Part shown: positions 7,633 to 17,227 of the stretch, piece after piece
Layout of the letters: every line of letters starts with the position of its first letter
How positions within the stretch are numbered: position 1 is the stretch's first letter
Origin: Candidatus Velthaea sp.
GTDB taxonomy: Bacteria > Vulcanimicrobiota > Vulcanimicrobiia > Vulcanimicrobiales > Vulcanimicrobiaceae
Assembly: GCA_050012475.1 (NCBI GenBank)
Contig: JBEKHC010000008.1
Coordinates: 1 to 64,000, forward strand
DNA: 64,000 nt
Direction: 5' to 3'
Notes under the pieces: model-generated
Told to the model about the DNA's origin: nothing
What the model saw: the letters and a program-made list of their open reading frames with translations, nothing else
Database searches by the model: none
Made by a program: the position numbers and the translations under genes

Positions 7633-8181
7633 ATGGCCCTGGACTACATCCCGCTGACGGCGGTCGCCGGCAAGAAGCGGACGACGGCGGAGTTGCGCGC
7701 GCTGGCTGCCGAGCGGATGCGCGCGTTAGGCTACCCGCATGTTGCCAGCGAGTTCTCGCCGGCAGGCTCGGGTTGCCGGTTCGACGTGATTGGCCTGGGC
7801 CGCTACACGCGCCAGGTGCGGATCTACGAGGTGAAGTCGTCGCGCACCGATTACTTGGCCGACACGAAGTGGGAGCGCTACCTGCCCTACTGCACGCACT
7901 TCGCGTTCGTCGCACCGGCGGGAGCGATTTTTCGCTGGGAGCTTGCCCGTGAGATCGGGCTCATCGAATACGGTCATCCCAGTTTCGAGCGGATGATTGC
8001 CAACCGCCGCTTCGGGTTCACGATCGGTCGCGACGACGCCTTGCGCGCGTCGCGGCCGTCGCGGCGGCTGCGCGCCGCGGTCGCCGATCCGGAATGGATC
8101 GCGCTGTTGGAATCGATCGCGTTTGCGCGCGTCGAACGGCCCGACGGCGAGACTTGTTTTGCTGACGGAGCCGGTATTTGA
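7633..8181 (+). CDS. MmcB-like PD-(D/E)xK DNA-repair nuclease family protein
   Basis: RFDVIGL..IYEVKSSRTDYLADTKWERYLPYC..FAFVAP matches the MmcB/DUF1052 pattern. Confidence 0.8.
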   Translation: MALDYIPLTAVAGKKRTTAELRALAAERMRALGYPHVASEFSPAGSGCRFDVIGLGRYTRQVRIYEVKSSRTDYLADTKWERYLPYCTHFAFVAPAGAIFRWELAREIGLIEYGHPSFERMIANRRFGFTIGRDDALRASRPSRRLRAAVADPEWIALLESIAFARVERPDGETCFADGAGI

Positions 8182-10688
8182 GCGATCATCGTCCTTTCGC
8201 GCTCGCGGGCGCGCGTCCGCATTACGGCCCCGACAAAGTCGTCGACGTCGTGCACATCGACTTGCACCTGCGCCCCGACTTTGCGACCAAAACGCTGCAC
8301 GCGGTCTGCACGCAGACCGTCGAAGCGATCGAGGACGGCGTCGGTTCGGTCCGGCTCGACGCCGTCGATCTCGAGATAACGTCGGTCACGCTCGATTCCG
8401 CACCGTTGCCGTTCACCGCCACAAGCCAATCGCTGACGATCGTTTTTGCGCGCCCGCTGAGCGCCGGCGAACGCGCGACGTTTGCGATCGCGTATCGCGC
8501 GCCGGCACCGCGCCGCGGGCTCTATTTCGTCGATCGCCCGCAGCAGTTGTGGACCCAGAGCCAGGATCAGGACGCACGGTTTTGGTTTCCATGCTTCGAC
8601 CATCCCGCCGACAAGCAGACGACGTCTTCGACGATCGTCGTCCCGCGCGGACTCTTCGCGCTGTCGAACGGCGAATTGGTCGAGCGCAGCGATGCGGGAG
8701 AGACGACGGTCTTTCGTTACCGGCAGCGCATTCCGCATCCGACCTATCTCGTCACGCTCGTCGCCGGGGATTTCACCGAAATTCGCCAACCGCATCCACG
8801 CTTGCCGGTCTGGTATTACGTCGAGCGCGGCCGCGAAGCCGACGGGGAGCGCGCGTTCGGCAACACGCCGCGCATGATCGATTGTTTCGAGGCCGTCATC
8901 GGCGTGCCGTATCCGTATGAACGCTACGGTCAAATCGCGGTCGCCGACTTCATCTTCGGCGGCATGGAGAACACGGCCGCGACGACGCAAACCGACCGCA
9001 CCCTGCACGATGCCCGGGCGCACCTGGACTTTTCAAGCGATCCGCTCGTTTCGCACGAGCTCGCGCATCAGTGGTTTGGCGATTTGGTCACCTGCCGCGA
9101 TTGGTCGCAGGCCTGGCTCAACGAAGGGTTCGCCACCTACTTCGAGGCCGTTTGGCGCGAAACGGACCTCGGTTGGGACGAGTATTCGTACGATGTCTAT
9201 ACGCTCGTGCAGCAGTATCTCGACGAGGATCGCGATCGGTACCGGCGGCCGATCGTGTGCAATACCTATCGCGACCCGATCGAACTCTTCGACGCGCACC
9301 TGTACCAAAAAGCCGGCGCCGTGCTGCACATGCTGCGCGGCGAGTTGGGCTGGAGCCGGCTGCGCCGCGCGCTGCGCCGCTACGTTACCGACAACGCGCA
9401 GCGCAACGTCGAAACGATCGACCTCGTGCGCGCGATCGAAGCGAGCACCGGCCGCAATCTGCGCGCATTCTTCGAGCAGTGGATCGAACGCGGCGGCCAT
9501 CCCGAGATCCGGGTCGGCCTGCGCTGGGATCCTCAGCACAAAACCGCGACGCTCACGCTGGAACAGCAGCAGACCGTCGACGCGGCCAACCCGGCGTATC
9601 GTTTCGATCTGGATGTCGGCTTCGTCGCCGCGCTGCCCGCCGCGCCGGCCCGGGATGCCGGCGATGGCCCGCTGGAGGGCGAAGTGCGGGTCCGGCTGCA
9701 CGTCGAGCGCAAGGACGAATCGTTCGCGATTTCGCTGGAGGCCGAACCCAAGCTCGTGCGCGTCGACCCGGGTGCGTATGTCCTAGGCGCGATGACCTAT
9801 GCATTCGATGCCGACGTGAACGCCGCGATCTTGGCCGCCGAACCGAGCGCCGTCGCGCGCATCCGCGCCGCCAAGGCGCTGGGCAAAGACGGTGCGCGCG
9901 CAGCGCGTGAAGCGCTCGCGCAGTCGCTGGCGCGCGATCCGTTCTGGGCCGTCGCCGCCGAAGTCGCGATCGTGCTGGGCGAACTGCGCTCGCCCGCCGG
10001 CCGCGATGCCCTGCTGGCAAATCGGCAGCACCCGCATCCCAAAGTCCGGCGCGCGATCGCCGAAGCGTTGGGCAATTACCGCGACGCCGGCGTTGCGAGC
10101 GCACTCTTGGAGCTGTCCGCCGACGCGTCGTACTTCGTCGTTGCCGCGGCGTACGAGGCGCTGGGTAAGACGCACGATCCGCGCGCCTTCGATGCGTTGA
10201 GCACCGCGCTGGGCGGCGTTTCCTGGAACGAAACGATCGAAGCCGGGGCGGCGCGCGGGCTGGCCGAATCGGCCGACGAACGCGCCTTCGCCGTGCTGCT
10301 CGAAGCCCTCGATTCGCGGCGGGGCGAAGGGCTGCGGCGGGCGGCGGTCAAGGCGATCGCGCGGCTGGGCGCGCTCGTCGACGGCGTGCGGACGCGCGCC
10401 GTGGCGGCGTTGGAGAAAATGTTGTCCGACCCGTCGTACATCGTGCGGGTGAGTGTCTATGCGGCGTGCGAGATGCTGGCCGATCCGCGGCTGCTGCCCG
10501 CGTTGGACCGCTTAGCGTTTGCCGAGAACGACGGGCGCCTGCGGCGCGACGCGGCCGAAGCCGCACTGCGCATTCGCGAGGCGCAAAAAATACCACGCGA
10601 GGTCGCGGCGCTGCGGGCGGAGCTCGACGATTTACGCGTCGAGGCGCGGACGCTGCGCGAACGTCTCGACGCCTTGAATCACAACTGA
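8178..10688 (+). CDS. pepN: M1 aminopeptidase with C-terminal HEAT repeats and coiled coil
   Basis: GGMEN exopeptidase motif, HELAHQWFG-x-WLNEGFA zinc motif, YQKAG; HEAT-like repeats. Confidence 0.93.
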   Translation: MSDHRPFALAGARPHYGPDKVVDVVHIDLHLRPDFATKTLHAVCTQTVEAIEDGVGSVRLDAVDLEITSVTLDSAPLPFTATSQSLTIVFARPLSAGERATFAIAYRAPAPRRGLYFVDRPQQLWTQSQDQDARFWFPCFDHPADKQTTSSTIVVPRGLFALSNGELVERSDAGETTVFRYRQRIPHPTYLVTLVAGDFTEIRQPHPRLPVWYYVERGREADGERAFGNTPRMIDCFEAVIGVPYPYERYGQIAVADFIFGGMENTAATTQTDRTLHDARAHLDFSSDPLVSHELAHQWFGDLVTCRDWSQAWLNEGFATYFEAVWRETDLGWDEYSYDVYTLVQQYLDEDRDRYRRPIVCNTYRDPIELFDAHLYQKAGAVLHMLRGELGWSRLRRALRRYVTDNAQRNVETIDLVRAIEASTGRNLRAFFEQWIERGGHPEIRVGLRWDPQHKTATLTLEQQQTVDAANPAYRFDLDVGFVAALPAAPARDAGDGPLEGEVRVRLHVERKDESFAISLEAEPKLVRVDPGAYVLGAMTYAFDADVNAAILAAEPSAVARIRAAKALGKDGARAAREALAQSLARDPFWAVAAEVAIVLGELRSPAGRDALLANRQHPHPKVRRAIAEALGNYRDAGVASALLELSADASYFVVAAAYEALGKTHDPRAFDALSTALGGVSWNETIEAGAARGLAESADERAFAVLLEALDSRRGEGLRRAAVKAIARLGALVDGVRTRAVAALEKMLSDPSYIVRVSVYAACEMLADPRLLPALDRLAFAENDGRLRRDAAEAALRIREAQKIPREVAALRAELDDLRVEARTLRERLDALNHN

Positions 10689-12163
10689 TGCGCCGAATTG
10701 CTTTGGTCGCCGCGCTCTTCGCCGTCGGCTTGCACGCCTGCGGGAGCGATACGCAGCAAACCGCCGGCAGCGCCAACGCTGCTGCGATGCCGCAGGCGAC
10801 GGGACTCGGAACGGCGCCCAAAGCGCCGGCTTGGAGCGCTGCCTCGCTGCGCGAGATGCAAAACCGCTTGGCTGCGGCGCTCGACGAGCCGACGTTGCGG
10901 ACCAGCGGCATCGCGATCGTCGATGCCAACGCGCGGCCGCTGTTCCTGCGGCGCGAGAGCCGGCCCTATACACCGGCGTCGACCTTCAAGGTGCTGGCGG
11001 CCGTCAGCGCGCTGCAGACGTTCGGTCCGAAGTACCGTTTCGTCACCGAGATTCGCTCGCTGGACAACCCTGCGGACGGCGTCGTCAGCGGCGATCTTTG
11101 GCTGGTGGGCAGCGGCGACCCGACCCTGACCTCCGACGATCTGCGCGCGGGCGCCGGCAGCGTCTACCGCAGCGGCTTACGGCGCGTCGACGGCGCGCTC
11201 GTGGCGGACGCCAGCGCGTTCGGCGGACCCGAAGTGAATCCGGCGTGGGAGCCCGACGATCTGCAGTACGATTACGCGGCGGGCACCAGCGCGTTGTCGG
11301 TGGATCAGGGCACGGTCGAGTTCCACTTGGTCCCAACGTCGCCGGGCGCACCAGCCCGGATCGACGTGCATCCGCCCGGGGATGCCGTCCATACCGTGGG
11401 GTCGATCATCACGGCGTACTCGACGGAGCTGTCGATCGAACGCGCGCCGAGTCAAAATCAATTCACGTTCAGCGGCCGGGTGGCCGTCGGCGCGGAGCAA
11501 TCATTTTTTCGCCCGGTCGCCGAGATGCCGGTGTACGCCGGGCGAGTCGAGCGCGCCATGCTGGCGGCCCGCGGCGTGCACGTGCGCGACGGCGTCCGGG
11601 TGGGCGTCGCCCCGCTGGGCGGCCACGTGCTCTGGCGCCATCGCTCGCAGCCGCTCGCGGCGATCGTGCGCGACATGCTGTTCACCTCGAACAATCATTT
11701 CGCCGAACAGCTGTTGCGCGCGGTCGGCGCCGAGAGCGGTGTCGGCACCGAACGTTCGGGCGGCGCGGTCGAGCGTTCGCTCTTCGCGCGGGACGGCGTT
11801 CCGCAAAGCGGCTTGCGCATCGTCGACGGCAGCGGGCTGGCGCCGACCGACCGGATCGCCCCGATCTCGATCGCGACGCTGCTGGCGCGAACCGCGGCGC
11901 AGCCGGTCGGCACGACGCTGGTTTCGGCCCTGCCGCGCGTCGGGATGGAAGGCACCGTGCGCCACCGGCAAATCACCGACGCGCTGGGCCGGGCGCGCGC
12001 CAAGAGCGGTCACATCGAAAACGTCAACGCGCTCGTCGGTTTCGTGCAGACCCGCAGCCACGGCCGTGTGGCGTTCGCGTTCATGGTGAACGATCCGCGC
12101 GCCGATGACGGACCGGTCGATGCCGGAATCGATCGCGCGCTCGACGTGCTCGCGAGCGAATAG
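10688..12163 (+). CDS. dacB: D-alanyl-D-alanine carboxypeptidase/endopeptidase PBP4 (peptidase S13), probable lipoprotein
   Basis: PASTFK (SxxK), SNN, AKSG motifs, DGSGL; LHAC lipobox-like; TGATG coupling. Confidence 0.92.
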   Translation: MRRIALVAALFAVGLHACGSDTQQTAGSANAAAMPQATGLGTAPKAPAWSAASLREMQNRLAAALDEPTLRTSGIAIVDANARPLFLRRESRPYTPASTFKVLAAVSALQTFGPKYRFVTEIRSLDNPADGVVSGDLWLVGSGDPTLTSDDLRAGAGSVYRSGLRRVDGALVADASAFGGPEVNPAWEPDDLQYDYAAGTSALSVDQGTVEFHLVPTSPGAPARIDVHPPGDAVHTVGSIITAYSTELSIERAPSQNQFTFSGRVAVGAEQSFFRPVAEMPVYAGRVERAMLAARGVHVRDGVRVGVAPLGGHVLWRHRSQPLAAIVRDMLFTSNNHFAEQLLRAVGAESGVGTERSGGAVERSLFARDGVPQSGLRIVDGSGLAPTDRIAPISIATLLARTAAQPVGTTLVSALPRVGMEGTVRHRQITDALGRARAKSGHIENVNALVGFVQTRSHGRVAFAFMVNDPRADDGPVDAGIDRALDVLASE

Positions 12164-12165
12164 CG

Positions 12166-13494
12166 GTGCGGCTCAAACTTCGCATTCCGAAATTTGCTTC
12201 GTCGACGGTCGAAACGGCGGCTCCGCAGCAGACCGTGCTCGACGGCAGCGACGTCATCGTGAACAACCGCTGGAACCTTCCGCCCCACACGGTGGCGGTC
12301 GTCGGCCGGCCGGCGGTGTGGTTTTCGTTCGACGTGCGCACGCCCAACGTCGCCATCGGGCCGCTTCGAATCCCGTCGCTTCGGCTGGTCTGGGAACAGG
12401 ATTTCGGCGGCCATCTGTTCGTCGCCACTACCGGCGCCGACGCCTCGCGGGTCACGATCGTCGAAGCGGGTCCGATGCATCCCAACGGCAGCGGCGCGCT
12501 CGTGCCGTTTGCGTATCCCGAGGACCAGTTTGCCGAACGCGGCGTCATCGACTTCGAGCCGATCGCGATCGCGCCGCCCAACGGTCTGGCGGCGGAGTTC
12601 TTTGCCGAACTCGTGCGCACGGCGCAGCGTGAATACGACGGCAATCAGCGCTATCGCGCGGTCGAGATCCCGTTTCTGCGCGTCGGCCGCGACTCCAACT
12701 CCTACGCCGTCGGCGTGCTGATCAGCTGCGGCATCGATCCGCGCGACGTGCCCAAGCCGCGCAAGTCGATGCGTTTCGAGTGGACCGGCTATCCGGGTAT
12801 GGAAGACCCCGTTCACCGCTCGAATTTCGGCGCGTATCTCGGCATCCCCAATCGGCTGGCCGACGACGTGGTCGACGTGGCGTATCACAATGCGGACGGC
12901 AGCGTCCGCTACGCGGTGGTCGGCGGTCGGCCCAACGCGACCGTGCAGCTGCCCGACGGCAGCGAGGTGCGGCTCGACGCAAACGGCCGGATCACGTTTG
13001 CGCCGGACGATGCGCGCCGGCACGGGCTGCCGACCAATCACAGCGAGCCGCCGGCGCAGATCCGCTCGCGGCGCAAGTTTCCGCCCGACCCGTCGCCGGC
13101 TGGTGCGGAGATCACGCTGATCGTCGACGGGCGGCCGGTGCCGCTTGCGCCGGGCGCGCAATACCGCGGAACCGTCGAGCGCCGTCACGACGGACTCGGA
13201 CTCGCGCATTTGCGCGGCACCGGCAGCGAGGTCGTGCTGCCGCTCGTCGAGTTGGGCGCCGAGTTGCGCGATCCCAAGCGCGTCGACCGGCTGTTGCAGA
13301 TCGGCACCGAAGTGACGGTGGGACTCAGCCGCGACCGGCATCCGAAGCTGCGCGCGCACGGAACGGATTGGCTGCGCGACCGGCTGCGCGCGCGGCGCTT
13401 CCATCTGCCGCGCACCAAAAACGTCGCCGCGACGGCCGTCGCCGCGGTCGTCATCGCGGCGGCCGGCGCGTTCTGGCTGCTGCGCGAGCGTTAG
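12166..13494 (+). CDS. Hypothetical protein with C-terminal membrane anchor (possible permuted papain-like and S1-like domains)
   Basis: 442-aa ORF 2 nt after dacB; GHLFV and RDSNSY motifs; YRGTV...LQIGTEVTV segment; hydrophobic C-terminal tail. Confidence 0.7.
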   Translation: MRLKLRIPKFASSTVETAAPQQTVLDGSDVIVNNRWNLPPHTVAVVGRPAVWFSFDVRTPNVAIGPLRIPSLRLVWEQDFGGHLFVATTGADASRVTIVEAGPMHPNGSGALVPFAYPEDQFAERGVIDFEPIAIAPPNGLAAEFFAELVRTAQREYDGNQRYRAVEIPFLRVGRDSNSYAVGVLISCGIDPRDVPKPRKSMRFEWTGYPGMEDPVHRSNFGAYLGIPNRLADDVVDVAYHNADGSVRYAVVGGRPNATVQLPDGSEVRLDANGRITFAPDDARRHGLPTNHSEPPAQIRSRRKFPPDPSPAGAEITLIVDGRPVPLAPGAQYRGTVERRHDGLGLAHLRGTGSEVVLPLVELGAELRDPKRVDRLLQIGTEVTVGLSRDRHPKLRAHGTDWLRDRLRARRFHLPRTKNVAATAVAAVVIAAAGAFWLLRER

Positions 13495-15082
13495 CGGGTC
13501 GGTTCATTTCCCCGAGGAGATTGCGTCCCAGGATCGCTGACGCGGCCAAAATACCGCCGAAAAGTGCTCCGGTGACCCCTTCGGAGCATGCGTCGGTGCC
13601 GGTCAGAAATAAACCGCGAATCGGCGTGCGCGGGCCGATCGTGCGCGAAAGGAAACGCGCCGGCGTGGCGCTCGTTCCGTACGTTGCACCGCGCGCGGCG
13701 TTCGCGAAGTGCCGGGTGCTGAGCGGGGTCGAGAGTTCGGCGTACGCAACCCGCCGGCTCGCCTCGGGGGCCGCCAGGGCGAACTCGCCCAAGAGCCGTT
13801 CCGTCAGGCGCGCTTTGAAGGCGTCGTAGCTTGCGCCGCGGCGCTTCCAGTGCGAATTCGCCCACGGCTCGAACCAGCCGAAGGGCGCGGGGACGACGAT
13901 CTCCGCCGTCGCACGATCGGGAAAGCGGGCGGCGAACGTCGGGTCTTTGGCCGACGGATAGGAGATGAAGAGCAGCGGAAACGCTGCCTCCGGATCGGCC
14001 GCCGAGCGGGCAACGTTCGCGTCGAAGTCGAGACCGGGGTGAATCCAAAGATTGCTCGCCGCGACGTCGCCGCCGCATGCCGGTCCGGTCATCCCGACAT
14101 ACAGACAAAGGTGCGCCATCGACGGTTCGAGCGTTTGCAGCAGGCGTGTCGTCCGCAGCCGCGACGCCGCAGCGGGGGCGATGAGGCTGCCGAAGGTCGC
14201 CGCCGCGCCGGCGTCGCTGATCACGGTCTGCGCGCGGATCTCGCGACCGTCGGCGATGCGCACGCCGACCGCGCGGTCGCGCTCGATCAGAATCTCGGCG
14301 ACCTCGGCCGCGACGACGATCGCGCCGCCGGCGCGCTCGATCGCCGGCGCGATTGCGGCTGCGATGCTCGCCGCACCGCCCGCCGGGTACGCGGCGCCTT
14401 CCAGATAGTGGTGAGCGATGATGGCGTGCATGGCAAAGCTGCTCCGGCCCGGTGCCAGCCCGTAGTTGCCCCATTGCGCGGTAAGGATGGCGCGCAGTTC
14501 ACGATTCGTGGTGAAATCGGACAGCACGTCGGCGGTGGTGCGCCGCGCGTAACGGAGGAAGGGCCCGCGCATCGCCGACCCGGCCAGCTTCTCGATCGCT
14601 GCGGGGACGACTTTTTCCGCCCAAAACAGCGCGCTTGCGCGGGCGACGGCATGCACCGCGCCCAGGTAGCCGTCGATGGCTTTTCGCTCGGCCGGGAATT
14701 GGCGCCGCAGATCATCGCGATAGCGTTCGGTGCCGGCGGCGACGTCGAAGTGCAGCTCGCCGATCCGGATGCGGTCGAAGATCTCGGGGAGTGCTTGCCA
14801 ACGCAACCGGCCCTCGGTCACGTGGTCGAACGCCGCGCGTTCGCGACTGCGCGAATCGGCCACGCGCCCGACGTAGTGGACGCCGACGTCCCACTCGAAG
14901 CCGGGGCGGGCGAAGACGTGCGTGAAGCCGCCCGCCGTGTAGTGCCGCTCGAGCACCAGGACGCGCTGCGCGGCGTGTTTAGCGAGCAGGGCCGCAACGC
15001 TCAGGCCGCCGATGCCCGATCCGATCACGATCGCGTCGTACTCGGACGCGAGTGTGCTGTGCTTGTATGCCGTGGCGATCAT
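13451..15082 (-). CDS. Phytoene desaturase/retinol saturase (RetSat)-family FAD oxidoreductase
   Basis: DAIVIGSGIGG, LERHYTAGGFTHVF, FEWDVGVHYVG, STPLST, GLFLTGTD. Confidence 0.88.
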   Translation of the reverse strand: MIATAYKHSTLASEYDAIVIGSGIGGLSVAALLAKHAAQRVLVLERHYTAGGFTHVFARPGFEWDVGVHYVGRVADSRSRERAAFDHVTEGRLRWQALPEIFDRIRIGELHFDVAAGTERYRDDLRRQFPAERKAIDGYLGAVHAVARASALFWAEKVVPAAIEKLAGSAMRGPFLRYARRTTADVLSDFTTNRELRAILTAQWGNYGLAPGRSSFAMHAIIAHHYLEGAAYPAGGAASIAAAIAPAIERAGGAIVVAAEVAEILIERDRAVGVRIADGREIRAQTVISDAGAAATFGSLIAPAAASRLRTTRLLQTLEPSMAHLCLYVGMTGPACGGDVAASNLWIHPGLDFDANVARSAADPEAAFPLLFISYPSAKDPTFAARFPDRATAEIVVPAPFGWFEPWANSHWKRRGASYDAFKARLTERLLGEFALAAPEASRRVAYAELSTPLSTRHFANAARGATYGTSATPARFLSRTIGPRTPIRGLFLTGTDACSEGVTGALFGGILAASAILGRNLLGEMNRPANARAAARTRRPPR

Positions 15083-15199
15083 GGGAGGCGACCTTTCGCA
15101 ATGCCCGTGTTCGTCACAGTCTAATGTGGAACGTCCAATGTGGGCTATCGCAAAAGTCGGTTCGCGCGCCTCCGCGTGCGCTCCGCGTGCCTTCGACGC

Positions 15200-16399
15200 T
15201 CAGGCCGAGGCCTGCGCGAGCGTCCGTCCGATCTTGACGCGTTCGAGTCCCAGCCAGCGCGCGAGGGCGGTGAGTTCCGCCCGCAGGTCCTCGCGCAACT
15301 CCGGCGCCGGCTTGGCATCCTCGTAGTGGATGGCGATTACTTTAAGCATGCTCGTATCGCGGCGCGCTTTGGCATCGACGCGCGCCGCGAGCCGGTCGCC
15401 GTACAGGAACGGCAGCACGTAATAGCCGTGCACGCGCTTTGCTGCGGGCGTGTAGATTTCGATGCGGTAGTCGAAGTCGAAAACGCGCCGGTCGCGGCTG
15501 CGTTCCCAGACCAGCGAATCGAACGGCGAAAGCAGCGCCCGGGCATCGATCCGGCGCGGAACGATGGTATCGCATGCCAGATACGCCGGTTGCTTCCAAC
15601 CCTCGACGCTGACGGGCAGCAGATCGCCATGTTCGACGAGTTCATCGATTCGCGCGTTCGCATCGATCTCCAAGCGAAAATAATCGCGCAGGTCCGAGCG
15701 CGTCGCGATGCCGAGCGCACGCGCCGCGATGCGCAGCAGTTCGCGCTTCGCCGTTGCTTCGTCGGGGGTCGGTGCGGCGAGGACCGCGGGTGCGAAAACG
15801 CGCTCGGGCAGATCGTACAAGCGCTCGAAATTGTGCCGGCGCGCCGTGGTGACCGCGCCCGACCAGAACAGATACTCGAGCGCGACTTTGACCTCGCTCC
15901 ATCCCCACCAGCCGCCGCCGCCGGTGCGATGCTCGGCGATGTCGCCGCTCGCGAGCGGTCCGCGCTGCTCGACCTCGCGCAGGATCGCTTTGACGAATTC
16001 GGGTTTGTCGCGCGCGATCGCGGCGACGCGGCCCCAGGTGCCTTCGCCGCGCGCGGCGCGGGCCATGCGCCAGCGAAAGAGCGGATGCAGTGCGAGCGGG
16101 ATGAGCGATGCCTCGTGACCCCAATACTCGAAAAGTTTGCGCCCGCGTTTCTCCCACACCAGCCGTTCGAGCAGCTTGACGTCGTACGCCCCCAACCGCG
16201 AGAACAGCGGCAAGTAGTGCGAGCGCACGATCACGTTGACCGAGTCGATTTGCACCAGACCGATGCGTTCGAACACGCCCATGATGGCCCGGCCAGGTGC
16301 GGCTGTGCCGGGCCGCGCGGCGCCGAAACCTTGAGCGCGCAAGGCGATCCGCCGTGCTTCGGCAGTGCTGAGCACGGCGCTGCGTGCACTTCGCGCCAT
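15200..16399 (-). CDS. YcaQ/AlkZ family crosslink-repair DNA glycosylase
   Basis: LVQIDSVNVIVRSH (QxD), FEYWGHEAS, LLSPFDSLVW, YRIEIYTP..KRVHGYYVLP. Confidence 0.92.
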   Translation of the reverse strand: MARSARSAVLSTAEARRIALRAQGFGAARPGTAAPGRAIMGVFERIGLVQIDSVNVIVRSHYLPLFSRLGAYDVKLLERLVWEKRGRKLFEYWGHEASLIPLALHPLFRWRMARAARGEGTWGRVAAIARDKPEFVKAILREVEQRGPLASGDIAEHRTGGGGWWGWSEVKVALEYLFWSGAVTTARRHNFERLYDLPERVFAPAVLAAPTPDEATAKRELLRIAARALGIATRSDLRDYFRLEIDANARIDELVEHGDLLPVSVEGWKQPAYLACDTIVPRRIDARALLSPFDSLVWERSRDRRVFDFDYRIEIYTPAAKRVHGYYVLPFLYGDRLAARVDAKARRDTSMLKVIAIHYEDAKPAPELREDLRAELTALARWLGLERVKIGRTLAQASA

Positions 16400-16408
16400 C
16401 GCCGGCCG

Positions 16409-17059
16409 CTAGAGATCGACGGCGCGATTGAACCGCGACCGGCGCCGCAACTCGAGCTGCAGCGCGTCGAGAAATGCGGCCAGCAGGGTGGCGGCGTCCG
16501 GTCCGGCGATCATCCGCGCGTCGGTCGTGTCCGGCTGTTCCTCCAAGACGAGACGGGCGTGTGAATCGGCATCGATGACGATGCCGCGGACGGCGTCGAG
16601 CCGGTCGTCGAGCTCGCTGATCGACGACGTTGCCAGCACGATCTGGCCCGGACTCGAGCGCACCTCGAGAAAAACGCGCGATTGGCCTTTGCCCAGCGCT
16701 TCGAGATACAGCGACGTCGCGCCGGGGCGCGTCTCATAGGCGGCGTCGTCGAGCGCCGGAAGATATTCGGTCGTCAGGCCGGCGATATCGTCGACGGTCG
16801 GGGTTCCGCGCATCACGACCACGACGCTCAAGCCGATCGAGCCGACGTCCTCGGGTGCGAGCTTGGCGATCAACGCGGCCAATTCGCCGCCCAGAGCGAC
16901 GATCGCCGTGCGCGTCTCCTTGATGGCTTCGAGGATGTCGCGCTGCGCAGCCGCCGCCTTGCGCAACGCCGCGACGATCTCGGCGACCGGCATCACCCCG
17001 GCGTCAGCGGCCGGCGGCAAAAGACCGCCGGCCGTCTTCTGCGAGCACGTCGAGGCCAA
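16409..17059 (-). CDS. Hypothetical protein (N-terminal coiled coil)
   Basis: Fills the gap between ycaQ and tldD with natural composition; start uncertain. Confidence 0.55.
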   Translation of the reverse strand: MASTCSQKTAGGLLPPAADAGVMPVAEIVAALRKAAAAQRDILEAIKETRTAIVALGGELAALIAKLAPEDVGSIGLSVVVVMRGTPTVDDIAGLTTEYLPALDDAAYETRPGATSLYLEALGKGQSRVFLEVRSSPGQIVLATSSISELDDRLDAVRGIVIDADSHARLVLEEQPDTTDARMIAGPDAATLLAAFLDALQLELRRRSRFNRAVDL

Positions 17060-17227
17060 GGATGAGACCGGGCCGGCTTGTGAGCCACGGAGAGCGCTCT
17101 TCGGTCAGCTTCAGTGCTTCCATACGCGGTCGCGCTTCATGCCGGTACCTTTGCTGACCTTGCCGCTTGCGGCTCGGAGCGAGGTCCGGCCGGGGGACGC
17201 GCCCGCCGCGCGCACGAATCGACGCGC

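Noticed and set aside
15120..15195. Short direct repeats (AATGTGG x2, CTCCGCGTGC x2) upstream of the RetSat-like gene
   Set aside because: Two copies of short motifs with no associated regulator; cannot be separated from chance.
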